Source of the DNA: Octopus vulgaris | Lineage: Eukaryota | Reading direction: 5' to 3' | DNA: 64,000 nt | NCBI GenBank assembly: GCA_951406725.2 | Contig: OX597823.1 | Coordinates: forward strand, 70,308,001 to 70,372,000 | In this document: positions 27,946 through 41,420 of the stretch, in pieces | How positions within the stretch are numbered: the stretch's first letter is position 1 | Layout: every line of letters starts with the position of its first letter | Made by a program: the position numbers and the translations under genes | Notes under the pieces: model-generated | Told to the model about the DNA's origin: nothing | What the model saw: only the letters and a program-made list of their open reading frames with translations | Databases searched by the model: none

Positions 27946-30029
27946 AAAAGATATGTACACAAACATATACTCATTCATAAAAGTGAATAAGCAAACATGA
28001 ATAAGCTTGAAAGCAAACATATAAGTCTTCAAACACACATACACAAGCTGGCATACAGTGGGATATACACTGATTCATATGAGCATGCATATGCTGGGTA
28101 TATGCAAATGAACAATCCAACTATCTGATTATTGATTTATCAAAGTCTCAATTTCTCTATGGTTTAAGATGTCAGCTGAATTATAGCTATTGATCTAGCT
28201 CTATCTATCTTTCTACTATGAATCGGTCCATCTATCTATCTGTCAGTGTATTGTTTCATGTAAGTATCTAATAAATCATCTGTCTCATGAACTATCAAAA
28301 AATCAAGTAGTCAATAAGTCAGTTAATCAGTCTAATCCCCTCCCAGTAGAGCTACATATAGGAGACAAAGAATGAGTAGCTCATGTGATCCTATACAGGC
28401 ATCTGTTATTTCAGTGTCCACTGACCAAATCCACTTGCAAGATTCCAGCTGGCCTGGGGATATAGCAGAAGACACTTACGCAAGGTGCAACACAGTGGGA
28501 CTGAACCTAGGACCATATGGTTGGAAAACAAGTGCCTTAACCATACTGGCTTGCCTGCTTTTATTTAAACCAAGGACAATCTATAGCTAGCATAGCCCAT
28601 AAAATACCTGATGGTTTAAGATAAGCTTTGCTTTAAATTCATTTAATTCAAATTAATTCATATTCATTAATTATATATTAATTATGATGGAGTTAATGAT
28701 GTTTATTCCTAATGAAACAGCTGTTGAAAGTAATTAAATTATGATCTATCTGTGAAATTTTTGCTTTCTGCTTATATACATACATACACACACATGTATA
28801 ACTAGAAATCTACACTTATACATAAACATTCCCTTTTCAAAATGATATGAATGCAAGAAACTTTATTCCTGAATGCAGAGGATTCTACAAATAGAAATTG
28901 GTCATGGGTATTATAATTAATAATTGCAGGATTTTTAGAGAATTGAGGTTGAGTTTGTTGAGAAAAAAGCTTTAGTGTTTGTTGTTTGTAGAAATATTAT
29001 TTATGGTAGGGTAGAAGGAGAGAGTAAGAAATTGTTATGTTTAGCTGTTGAAGAAATGTATAGGCTTGAAATGTCTTTAAGGTTTTGTGTTTTCAGGAAA
29101 AGGTTAACAAAAATAATCTCCTCACAGTAACTTTCTATCAACACACATACAAAAACATATTTTCCTCATGTCATCTTCTATTCCCTTTCCTACATAACAT
29201 TTTTCCTCAGTTTACCTAGACCACACCTAATTAACAATCATATAGCACCAAAAAACAACTTGTCAAAGACTATACAAAGCCAAAGAGAACTCAAGTAAAG
29301 CACAATCTGATGACAGTGAACAAGTCAAAACTTTGAAGTTTCTGTCAACTTTTGTTGCAGAAGTTAGTAATCCTTCAGTTTGATGTTAAAATATTTTTAT
29401 ATAAAGCTTGACAAAAGAAACTCATTAATACATATCCAATTACAATTTTTTATAACACCATCATCATCATCCTTTAGTGTCTGCTTTCTTTGCTGGCATG
29501 GGTTAGACAGTTTGACTGGAACTGGTAAGCTGGAGAGCTGCACTAGGTTTCAGTCTGATTTGGCATGATTTCTATGGCTGGATGTCTTTCCTAAGGCCAA
29601 CCACTCCAAGAGTGGGTACTTTTATATGCCACCAACATGAGTGCCAGTTATGTGTGTGCTTGTGTATAAGTGTCTATCTGTGAGCACATATGAGTGTGCA
29701 TGCACGTGTGTGTTGAGATACTGGTTATGGGTACACCTGTATCTATGAATGTATGCATGGTTGCATTGTTTGTTTGCATGAATCTATGTCTGTGCTTTTT
29801 TTTTGCATGCATGTGTACTTGTTTGTCTGCTGTATGTATGTATGTACTTGTTTGTCTATGTATGTATGTATGTCTGCATGGGATTCTTAGTGTGTGTGTG
29901 TGTATGTATGTATATATGTATGGTCTTTATTTTTTATTATCTGAATTTTTCATGTAAGGAAGAAGCTAGATCCTAACAAAGATACAAAGCTCCATCATTA
30001 GAATGCAGGTAGCAAAAACAATGCCACAT

Positions 30030-32330
30030 GTTGAGGTTGAGAAAAGTCTTGCATATTTTTACTGCTCCACTTACAAATTGCATTTGTCATGTATACATTA
30101 GCTGGTAGCTGTCTTTTTCTAAAAACTCTGGCTTTGCTAGTATGTCTAAGGCATTTACTAGTACAACCAAGTATACTAATTATTATTAGTATAAATATGA
30201 ATTTAAATCTGGGTAGAGAAACCAAAGGTTTCAATGCAATTATCTGTAGTTATTCTCTTTCTCATTGATTTTTGAGCTGTTATTTACATCAATAGGGTAG
30301 CTAATCCCTACGTTGTACATACTTCTTCTTGTTTATTCTCAACAACTATATCCAGTCAGTTATGTTTGCACTTGGTAAAAGTTTTGATGGGAAAGTTCCC
30401 CCAATATTTCATGTGTTGATGTTTATTTATGTTTGTATTTGAGAACAAGGATTCTCTATATCTATCTCAGGAAGCTCTTTTATTTATTATGGCATGGGCT
30501 ATTGTTTAAGTAACAACATCATATTGTATTAGGAGGTAGCAACTTGATGACATTCTTGGGGAAGTTATTGATCTGTCTTCCACAGATGTGTTAATGTAAT
30601 ATAATCAACATTTTTGGTTGTATCTTGAGGTTTCAATAGCTTTGTAGACTTTGTTATTCAACTGGTATTTTATAGTGGTTAAGGTGGCAAGCTGGCAGAA
30701 ACGTTAGCACGCAGGGCGAAATGCTTAGCGGTATTTTGTCTGCCGCTACATTCTGAGTTCAAATTCCACCGAGGTCGACTTTGTCTTTCATCCTTTCGGG
30801 GTCAATTAAATAAGTACCAGTTACGCACTGGGGTCGATGTAATCGACTTAATCCATTTGTCTATCCTTGTTTGTCCTCTCTGTGTTTGGCCCCTTGTGGG
30901 TAGTAAAAAAATAGGAATTTTATAGCAGTCTCCTGCTTTTGGATTACAAACACATAGCCTTCACAGTGTGATGTGGCTGTTGCAAGTCCCAAGAAAAGCT
31001 CTACTTCATGTCAGTCTTAGTATTATCCTTAAGTCTGTGGGAAACATACCCATGCATAGTCTTTTTTGGTATGCTGAGCATTATACATCCAGGTCTTCTT
31101 TGAGATATGTTAGTCCATCTGTTTTGGGGTTGTATGGAAGGTCATCAAGAAAAGAGAACTTCTTGAGGAGCTCACTGTCAACTGACTTGTAGGATATTGT
31201 TCCCTTTGCTTTTCAACACTTGGTCTGTGTATTTATTTTTGCTGCTGTTGTTTAGCAGATGCTGTCTGAGAGATACTATATGACATTTGAAAGCCGTCAG
31301 CACTGATTTCAGGCTTCTCCTGCCTTCATCTCTTCTTAGATAGAACCTGTCAATATCTATGTTTCTGTAGAAGTTTCCAGTTCATCTCTGAATCTTGCAG
31401 GTTTTAATGTCTATAGAGTGAATTTCAGTCACATAGTTCAAATGTTGGAATCAGCATTGGTACAGTAAATGCATTGTGGAATTTTGTCTTGTAAGTGGAG
31501 ATTTCTCACTGCCAAGGTTTTTTAAGTCTGGTGTGATATTCTCAGGCCACCCCATTTTTATTCACAGCACTTTCATACAATTAGTTTTTATAGAATTCTT
31601 TGTGTAGAACAGAAGATATAGAGAAACTATTGATGCACAGATTCTGGGTTTCAGGGACCGATTTTCTACAATTTCTCAAATACAATCTCTCCTTTTGGCT
31701 AAACTCCATTCCTATATCAGCTGAAAAAGTTGCTATTAATTCCAGCTATTTTATGGCAGTGCAAACATTTTTAGCATCGATATTCAGGTGATCCACAAAG
31801 AAATTATGGGTCTAGAAGATACAGACCCTAGCATGTTGTCATTGAATTTAAGTGAAAGAAATGATAACCAAAATAAACAGAAGTACAGAAAGGTTATAAA
31901 CCTTGGTATATTCCCTTCGAAATATTTATAACATTGGAAATGATTATTCCACTCTTAGTTGTGGGTTTGTTACCTAGGTGTTTATGAACCTTTCAATGAT
32001 AGTGACTAAGATAATGACTTCAGCAGCCATGAGTAGGAAATATAGTCAAATGCTTTCCTATAATCAGGTCATATTGTCATAAAGTTTTTGCAGTGTTTTC
32101 TTACTTTGGACAGCATGGCTTTGTTTATCAAAAGGTTGTTCAGCACATTCTCACACTCACTTCTTTCTACCTGATCGTCATTGCTTGGCTCATAACAATG
32201 CTTGAAGAATTGTAGCCACTCATTTGCACATCTACGTATGTGCAGGCCTGGGCAAAGGTTTTTTTGTAAAAGTCTGACTGTTGTCCATGCTTGCAAATTT
32301 CGTTTCTCCTTGCCATCAATGTTGTCCAAG
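30030..32330 (-). mobile_element. Heavily decayed R4/Dong-type (RLE-bearing) non-LTR retrotransposon
   Basis: Minus-strand remnants in the expected order: INISKGIYQG, NAFTVPMLIPTF, DIDRFYLRRDEGRRSLKS, then KCKHN*LDIVVENKQEEVC (PD..D-type endonuclease region). Interrupted by a SINE. Confidence 0.65.
30678..30915 (+). mobile_element. SINE (ggcgagctggcagaa family)
   Basis: aagctggcagaaacgttagc...gagttcaaattcc...ctttcatcctttcgggg. Related copies at 37495-37710 (-) and 62210-62430 (+). Confidence 0.8.
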
Positions 32331-32704
32331 GACTACTGCTTTAGAGCCAATACAGCTTAGCACCAGTGATGTTAAAGGCATTGTGGTCAGAATGCAAGGA
32401 CATGGAACAGATATCTCAAAGTATAGCAACCAACATTCTAACAATCCTGCCAATCCACTGCGCTGGGTTTGGTACTGTATTAAAGAACGAAGGGCAGATT
32501 GACCTCAGTGAAACTTCAACTTAGAATTGGAACAAAAGCCACAACGCATTCTAACCAATATTCTAATGACTCTGCTAATTCCCTCATCAGTACCTTAGCA
32601 CAATCCTTAGTCATCATCATTTCCATAATTATCATCATTACCACTGTCGTTATCAGTGTTGTCATTCTCATCACTACCATCATCCTCACCATCACCGCTG
32701 CTGA

Positions 32705-33036
32705 AACCCCTTCAGTCATGACTGACCATGGGATTGCACCTAGGAAGTTACCCTCCAAAGCATAAGTCCAGGCAAGGTTGTTTATGGAAGACCAGCAGTC
32801 GCCCATGCATACCGGCTTCCCCTCTCCATGCCACCAGTGTTATCCAAGGGGAAGGCAAAGGCTGATACAGCTTGGCACCTGTGACGCTGCAACTCATTTC
32901 TACAGCTGAGTGAACTTGTGCAACGTGAAATAAAGTGTATTGCCCAAGAACACAACACGCAGCCCAGTCCGGGATTCGAACTCACAACCTTGCAATTGTA
33001 AGCTCAATGCTCTAACCACTGAACCATGCGCCTTCA
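32705..33036 (-). mobile_element. tRNA-derived SINE
   Basis: Minus-strand head ggcgcatggttcagtggttagagc...gagttcgaatccc with A and B boxes. Confidence 0.8.
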
Positions 33037-33442
33037 CTTCACCATCACCACCACTATCAATATATATATATATACATATGCAAAGTTTAGGTTAGTTAAA
33101 ATATGTTTGTAACATATTTCAACTGCTAAAAGGCAAATTCACTGCACTTACCACAGAGAAAATTTTCTCTTATAGTAAAAATACCATTTCAGTGTTATAT
33201 AAAATACCATATCAGTGTTAAGTGTTATCATCCGTTAGGATTCTCAGACATCGATGTTTCTATCTTCTAAGCTTTTATCAATGAGAAATACCTCAGAGCA
33301 GCACCTCTGAACTGATCTTATAAAGCTATAGCTTTATCTAAAATATAGTCAACAACATTGACTGATTTGTGCCAGTAGACTGCCAGCTCTTGGAGATTAC
33401 CAAAATATTACTGCCAAGCAGTGTTTGGTATAAGCAAAGTTT

Positions 33443-33850
33443 ATCATCATCATCGTTTAACGTCCGTTTTCCATGCTGGCATGGCTTGGATGGTTTGACT
33501 GGAGACTGGCAAGCCAGGAGGCTGTACCAGGCACCAATCTGATCTGGCAAGGTTTCTATAGCTGGATGCCCTTCCTAATGCCAACCACTCCGAGAGTGTA
33601 GTGGGTGCTTTTTACGTGCCACTGGTACAGGAGTCAGTCAGGTGGCACTGGCATCGGCCACATTCAGATGGTGCTTATTTACATGCTACCAGCACAGGAG
33701 CCAGTTGGGGCGGAGGGGGTGGGGGTACTGGCATCGACCATGTTCGGATGGTGCTTTTGTGTGCAGCAATGACCTATGCATGAATGGTACTTATTGCATG
33801 CCACCTGCACGGGAGCCAGTCAGGTAGCACTAGCATCGGCCACAACTACA
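33443..33850 (-). mobile_element. SINE / RTE 3' tail with internal tandem subrepeats
   Basis: catcatcgtttaacgtcc...gctggatgcccttcctaatgccaaccactcc; contiguous with the RTE at 33850. Confidence 0.75.
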
Positions 33851-36218
33851 ATTTCCATTTTGATTTCACTTTGAGATTCTAATTGTGATTTTAATTTTGA
33901 TATTTGATTTTACTTGACTCAATAGGTCTCCTCAAGCACGGCATGTTGCCAGACAATTCAAAGGTACTTTTTAAATGAGCTGCTTACGTGACACTGGTAT
34001 AGGCTACAGTTGTGATTTCACTTTATTTGTCGGGTCTTCTCAATCGCAGCATATCTTCAGAGGTCTCAGCTTCTTATCATTGCCTCTGTGAGGCCCAATG
34101 TTCAAAGGTCATGCTTCACTATCTCATCTTGGGTCACACTCTTCCACAGGTTTCTTCCGCTGTTAGGGAGTGACACTTTTCACAAAGCTCTCTTCATTCA
34201 AACACAACACATACCTCATCTCTCTTGCACACCACATCAATGCTTCTTATGTCCAACATTTCTCTCAGGGTGCTTACACTCTGTCGTGTGTGTGCACTGA
34301 CATTATATATCCAGTGCATAATACTAGCTTCATTTCTTTCTAGCCTACATATGTTCACAACAGTCATGCTCCATGTTTCACTGCCGTGTAGCATGGCAGT
34401 ATGCACAAATGCATCATAAATTCTACCTTTCACTCCGAGTGAGAGGCCCTTTGTTACCAGCAGAGGTAGGAATTTTTTGCGGGCTATTCTTATTCTAGTG
34501 GCAACACTCTCAGCGCATCCACCCACACTACAGTCTTGGTCACCTAGGTAGCAGAAGCTATCAACTACCTCTAGTTTCTTCCCCTGGCATGTGATGGAAT
34601 CTGTTTTCTGAGCATCTTTGGTGTTTGTTGCCCCTGTGCAAAAGCTATCATCCTGGTTAACCTTTCTTTGATGTTGCTGCACCTCTTATGTGTCCAAAGC
34701 TTACACTGGGTACATCTTATGAAGTTTCTACCTACACCTCTTCTACAGATTGAGCAGGGCCATCTACCTGAAGGGATTTGTGATGTGTTCACCTTCCTAC
34801 TTACTAGGACTTTGGTTTTTGCAACATTGACTCTAAGGCCCTTCGATTCTAAACCTTGCTTCTACACTTGAAATTTCTTCTCTAGTTCTGGTAGTGATTC
34901 AGCTATGAGAGCAAGGTCATTAGCATAGAGGAGCTCCCAGGGGCAGCCTGTCTTGAATTCCTCTGTTATTGCCTGGAGGAATATGGGGAATAAGAGGGAG
35001 ATGAGGACTAATCCTTGGTGAACCCCTACTTCTACCTGGAATTCTTCACTCTACTCGTTGCCAACCCTTACCTTACTGACAGCATCCCCATACAACTCTT
35101 ATTAACCACTCATCTATCTCAAGTTTCTGCATCGTCCACCAGATAAGGAATCAGAGGACCCTGTCAAAGGCTTTCTCCAAGTCAACAAAAACCAAGTATA
35201 GGGGTTTATCTTTGGTTAGGTACTTCTCCTGCAGTTGCCTAACCAGAAAGATAGAATCAGTGGTACTTCTACCTCGCACAAAACTGAACTGCATCTCATT
35301 TAAGCAGACTCTCTCCCAAATTAGTTGGGCTATTACCCTCTCCATGACCTTCATCACCAGATCCAGCAGTTTGCCACCCCTGTAGTTATTTATAACTAAA
35401 GCATCACCATTACATTTGTAACAGTTGACTATAGTGCTGCTACGCCAGTCATTGGGAATGACTCCTTCATGAACTACCTGATTTACAATACGGGTGACAA
35501 GACCATAACCCACACCTCTAGATATTTTAAGCATCTCAGCAGTGATTCCTGATGGGCCGGTGGTTTCTCCTGACTTCATATCCTTAATTGCTTTATCTAC
35601 CAGGGTGCTATCAATTCGGGTAGCTGGTCCCTGGACTGGGTCAACCTTTGGCAGGCTCTCCTCCTCCCATTCATTCTCCACATTTAGCAGCCTTTCATAA
35701 TGGCATGCCCAGGCTTCTTTCTTTGCAGGATCATTAAAAGCAAGTGCAACATCATCCATGTGGACTCCAACCAGAAATACTTCAGTTCTTTGGTCCTCAC
35801 ATCACTGAACATTGGCAAACTTCTTCTTTTCTGCTACTTCCTTGGCTATATATACCCGTCTCCCAGCCTCCCTTCTGGCTATCTGGTACAGTTCCCTGCT
35901 ATCCCAACTCTTCCACGTTTTCTAGTCCTGTTTCTTTGCTCTAATGCCTTTGTCTACTGTATTCTTCCACCACCACGTTACCCTAGGTCTGGAAGGGACT
36001 TTGCACCAACTGCAGATTTGGTCTGTGGTCCTCAGTAAGCTGTCACTTAGTAATTTCCAGTTACCCTCTATGTCACAAGTCTGTAGCTCCTCCTCCCACT
36101 CATCAAATTTTTCAATGAGGATGTCCCTAAATCTCTGACTGTGTGAAAGGTTCTTAAGCTTCCAAATCCTTCTTTTCTGGATTGGTCTGCTTCTTGGCAT
36201 CCTTCTGGCCTCAAGTCT
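33850..36218 (-). mobile_element. 5'-truncated RTE-type LINE with a Cys/His finger after the RT core
   Basis: GPSGITAEML, NYRG, QFSFVRGRSTTDSIF, FVDLEKAFDRV, WPCSICRRGVG...CTQCKLWTHKRCS, LEVVDSFCYLGD and AMLHGSETW. Confidence 0.88.
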
Positions 36219-37494
36219 AAAGAAACAGGCCAAGAAAACCTGGGGTAGCAGGGAACTGTACCAGATAGCCAGAAATTAGGCTGAGAGACAGGTATATATA
36301 GCCAAGGGAGTAGAAGAAAAGAAGTTTGCCAATGTTCAGTCCATGCTGGGGTGTACATTCTCCACCAGGGAGTATCTTTGTATTTAAGAGCAACCATGCA
36401 TCCCATTGTCTGGTGAGAATGAGATTAATCTGGCTAGCAGAGTGACCTGATTAATAGGTTATCAGGTAGCTGTCTGGCTTCCTGAAGTTGGTGTTGCAGA
36501 TTAATAGGTTGCTTGCATCACTGAACTCCAGTAGCCTAGTTCCCTCTTCGCTTCGGGAATGTTTGTAACATATTTCAACTGCTAAAAGGCAAATTGACTG
36601 CAGTTACCGAAGAGAAAATTTTCATGTATGATAAAAAGGTGTAAAAACACTATATCTGTTCAATGTCATCATCTGTCAGGATTCCCAGCCATTGATGAGG
36701 TGTTTTTATATCTTTTTACCATATGAGAAAATTTTCAGAAACATGTTTTAACTAACCTAAACTTTGCTTATGCCTAAGCACTGCTTGGCTCTGATATTCT
36801 GGTAATTTCCAAGACCTGACAGTCCACTGGCACAAATCAGTCTATGTTGTTGACTGTATTTTAGCTAAAGAGCTTTATGAGATCTTAGGTATGTAGCTTT
36901 CCAGCAGCAACCCTCACCATCCAGAGTTTGACAAGTCTTCAGCAACTTCATATAACTATCGTAACTGAGATTGAGTCCCTGTTCAAAGATGTCGGGTGAA
37001 TTTTGGTGTGCAGTTAGCTGCAGTCAGGATGCCTGCTGTGTCTCTTCCTGCTAGCTATGACTTCATAGTCTCCATTGCAGCTGTCCATGTCATGTCTTAT
37101 AGCCATTACACTGTTCACAGAGCATTGGGCAGCAGTCATTCATAATGTGAGCATTAGTGCGAAGCATCATGATACAGGTAACTTTTTTCTAATGTTCAGA
37201 TGGCTTCCAGTCTGCCATATCAGCTGACTTATTCTTAACTACAGTTTTAATCTTTAAGCTCACCAATGCCATTTACTGTTCACCAAAACATCAAGTTGTT
37301 CCTGAAATAAGGAAACATAAAAAAATGTCAAATTTAACCCAATATATTAAAGATTATCATCATCATCATCGTTTAACGTCTGTTTTCCATGCTAGCATGG
37401 GTTGGATGATTTGACTGAGGTCTGGCGAACCAGATGGTTGCACCAGACTGTCATCAGGTTTGTCAGACCTCAATCAAATCGTCCAACCCATGCT

Positions 37495-37710
37495 CTTTCT
37501 ACTAAAGGCACAAGGTCTGAAATCTGGAAGAAAAGGACTAGTCGCTTACATCGACCCCAGTGTTTTACTGGTACTTAATTTATTAACCTGGAAAGGATGA
37601 AAGACAAAGCTGATCTCAGTGGAATTCGAACTCAGAATGTAGCAACAGGCAAAATACTGCTAAGCATTTTGTCCAGTGGACTAACGATTCTGCCAGCTTG
37701 CTGCCTTAGC
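37495..37710 (-). mobile_element. SINE (same family as 30678)
   Basis: Reverse complement of the ggcagcaagctggcagaatcgttag...gagttcgaattcc head. Confidence 0.75.
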
Positions 37711-39811
37711 CCAATACATTACAGATTTTTTTTCATCACACCTTTGAGAAAACAGAAAAGAACTGCTTTTGGAAGCATTACATTACTACCTTATTTGAAG
37801 TCTCAGATTTAGCAATTTAAATTCTGTTGCAATGTGTAAACCTGTCATTTGTTTACAATTGATATGACAAGCTGCTTTTGCAGAAGTCATTGACCCCAGT
37901 GAATGAAAATCATTTGTTGATAATACAATAAAGAAAAATTTATGTCAGTATATTGCTGCTACTCAAAGCAACCAGTCATGCTGTCTTGTGATTACGCATA
38001 GGCTCAATATCTAAAATTTAGTAGATCAGATTCTAGCTCTTGCTACAATTTCATTCTGCCATACTCCAGTCAGAGCTTTTACATTGTTGCCAGACCTGGT
38101 CAGTGTCGTAACCCAATCTCTCTATAAACTTTACCATCTTCAAAATAATAAATGGAAACTAAGTTTTAAGTTTTAAATATTTTCACAAAATACCCAAGGT
38201 GGCTAAAATGGTTTGATTATACTAACTTGATGGAAATCTTACAAATGTCTATCTGGCGTCATAGATCATTTGGATTTTACAAGACATGCTTCTGTGTATT
38301 CGTTTGACCAGCTAGAAATAGCAGCCAAATCACATCCTACCACCCTTGAAAAGATAGATATTAGATAATGACAGGATAATGTTGTATAAAAAACAGGTGC
38401 TCAGGGCTGACTTGGAGCAAAACAGTAACCTACTACCTACATAAAATATACATGATCGGAAACAATTTTATAGAAGCGAGATTATGAGTCTATCTATCGT
38501 TACAAGTCATTTTCAATATATCCATCTGACCTCTAAATATTTATAAACAAATGCTAAGTCATAAAAACGTGTTACCAAATCATATCACTTCCTGTTATTT
38601 ACAAGTGGTGACAACTCTTACTGAAAAAACTAATATTGTACAAAGCGTGTATCAACAACCAAAACACTGAATAAAGACTAGCGGCAACAAATGAATTTCA
38701 TCATTACTAATACTGAAACTACATTTTCGGAAAATAAACCGTTATGTCAGCCTGGCATTACACATTTATCATTAGCCGGCGACGAATGGAGTCTTATTCA
38801 AGAATAACAAATATATTTACTTTCGAGACACCTTCCCTATAAGTTCGAACATGTCTATATGTAGATATAGATATTTCTATGCATGTACGTCTATTATCCA
38901 ATATGTTAAGTAACAATTAACTCATGCTAATACAGGTAAGTTGGATTTCCAATGATTGAGAGCAGTAATTAAACTGTACCTCATGTATCTATATATAAAA
39001 AGCTAATTTATAAAGATAATTACCTGTTAGGATTTAGCAGACGCAGAGTAAAGTGAATATTTTGAGACTGAAAGTTTTTTTTATAAGAAGTAACATATAC
39101 AAATTAGTATTATTTAATTTATCTTTAGTCTTAAATTGTTTACAGACCATCAGCTGGTTTCTCGTTGATTGCAAGATGGCAGGTGCTTAACTTTTATAAT
39201 TTTATAATCCGCCGTTGTTTACATAGTATGTCTTAAATAGAGAGAGAGAGTAGGATAATTCTCAATAAACAGAACTTTCTGCCGTCGTGTTCCTGAGAAA
39301 CATTTAAGTGTCCAGGAGAGGCAGGCAAATACCTTTCTTACACTACTACAAGGATACTGCCATATTGCGTCGGCAGGAAAATAAAATCGAACTTATTTTT
39401 GAGAAATAGCTGCAAATCTTACTAATTCCTCACTTAAAATGCAAGCAAGGAAGACACAAACCGAGCAACTTTAATTTTACATCGTAAAACATGATCACGA
39501 AAATGCTTCAAATTTTCACGTGCTCTTCATCTCCGTTTCTTTGTTCACCAACTGTTGTTCAAATAAAAAAATATGGATATGTTTTTAATGAAAGCCTTTC
39601 GCTCGATATTACTAAAAAAATCAAGGATTCAAAGTTATCCGTCTTCACACAGACACTCACGCTCTGAGAATAATTCTAGAAACAGTCAACTTCTCTGATT
39701 TATATATATATATATATATTCTTTACTAATGAAACAAAAATCGAAACAGAAACAATAACAAAAATCGATGTTACTTGGTGAAACGAAAAAGAAGTCAAAA
39801 TTATTCTCAAA

Positions 39812-39886
39812 ATGCTGCAAACTACTTGGATAGCCCTTCTTCTTGGTTTTTGGTCATCTCTTTATCTAATTGATGCATTTTTAAAG
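39812..39886 (+). CDS. MBTPS2: Membrane-bound transcription factor site-2 protease, exon 1
   Basis: [25 protein letters not shown] then GT at 39887 (phase 0). 25 codons, matching human [25 protein letters not shown]. Confidence 0.85.
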
Positions 39887-40209
39887 GTACCGTATATAAT
39901 TTTTTCTTTCCTCCGAATACATTGCATTAAACAGTTTTTATTGTACAGTTACAGCGTAATTACAAAAAATACCGAAACGAAGATATGTTTATTATTTAGG
40001 TGCTGCTGGTGTGTTTGTAAATATGGAAAGTGGGGGTTTTTGCTGACTCATATTCATTTACATTTCATAATTAATGTATTTTACACTGTTGTTTCCATTC
40101 AAATACTTTTTAAGTTACGTGTTTTCCCTTGGAGAAAATATTTTGTTTTCGTTTCAGTGTTTCATACATTCTCCATTTCGTCAAAATTACGCCGCATTTA
40201 TCGTTTTTC

Positions 40210-40216
40210 CATATAT

Positions 40217-40296
<80 letters not shown>

Positions 40297-40330
40297 CATA
40301 TATATATATTATTTATATATATGTATGTAT

Positions 40331-40368
<38 letters not shown>

Positions 40369-40387
40369 GTATGTATGTATATATATT

Positions 40388-40426
<39 letters not shown>

Positions 40427-40461
40427 GTTTATGTATATATATGTATGTATGTATATATATT

Positions 40462-40508
<47 letters not shown>

Positions 40509-40799
40509 GTTTATGTATATATATGTATGTATGTATATATATTTATGTATATATATTTATGTATATATATATTTATGTATGTATATATATTTATGTATAT
40601 ATATATTTATGTCATCATCATCATCATTGTTTAGCGTCCGCTTTTCATGCTAGCAGGGGTTGGACTATGTATGTATATATATTTATGTATATATATATTT
40701 ATGTATGTATATATATTTATGTATATATATATTTATGTATGTATATATATTTATGTATATATATATGTATGTATATATATTTATGTATATATATATATT

Positions 40800-40836
<37 letters not shown>

Positions 40837-41205
40837 GTATATATATATATTTATGTATATATATGTATGTATATATATATATTTATGTATATATATTTAT
40901 GTATATATATTTAGGTATATATATATTTATGTATGTATATATATTTATGTATATATATATTTATGTATGTATATATATTTATGTATATATATATTTATGT
41001 ATATATATATTTATGTATGTATATATATTTATGTGTATATATATTTATGTATATATATATTTATGTACGTATATATATTTATGTATATATATATTTATGT
41101 ATGTATATATATTTACGTATCTATATATTTATGTATATATATTTATTTATATATATATATGTGTGTATGTATATGTGTATGTACATACATACATACATAT
41201 ATATG
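40210..41205. repeat. (TA)n/(TATTTATGTA)n microsatellite
   Basis: Direct reading. Confidence 0.95.
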
Positions 41206-41420
41206 TGTGACAATTATTCAGTTGCCATTATAAAAATCCGAGTTTCGGATGTTGGGGCAGAAAACTGCTCCGGTATCTCGTCAGTTATTAAGACAAATAA
41301 AAATGCTATGATTTTCATAGCATTTTTGTTTGTCTTAATAACTGATGAGATGCCGGAGCAGTTTTCTGCCCCAACATCCGAAACTCGGATTTTTATTATG
41401 GCAACCGAATAATTGTCACA
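41206..41420. repeat. 215 bp near-perfect palindrome whose arms carry a hammerhead-like motif
   Basis: Arms 41206-41311 and 41315-41420 with a 3 nt loop. Right arm reads taataa-CTGATGA-GATG...CATC-c-GAAAC-tcgga-ttt-ttatta. Confidence 0.85.

Noticed and set aside
32960-33036. tRNA-like sequence (also at about 21800-21872 and 56370-56433)
   Set aside because: These are SINE heads attached to repeat bodies, with no complete cloverleaf.
39887-41233. 473 aa ORF starting at 39812
   Set aside because: Only the first 25 codons match MBTPS2; the rest is intron read-through into a microsatellite.
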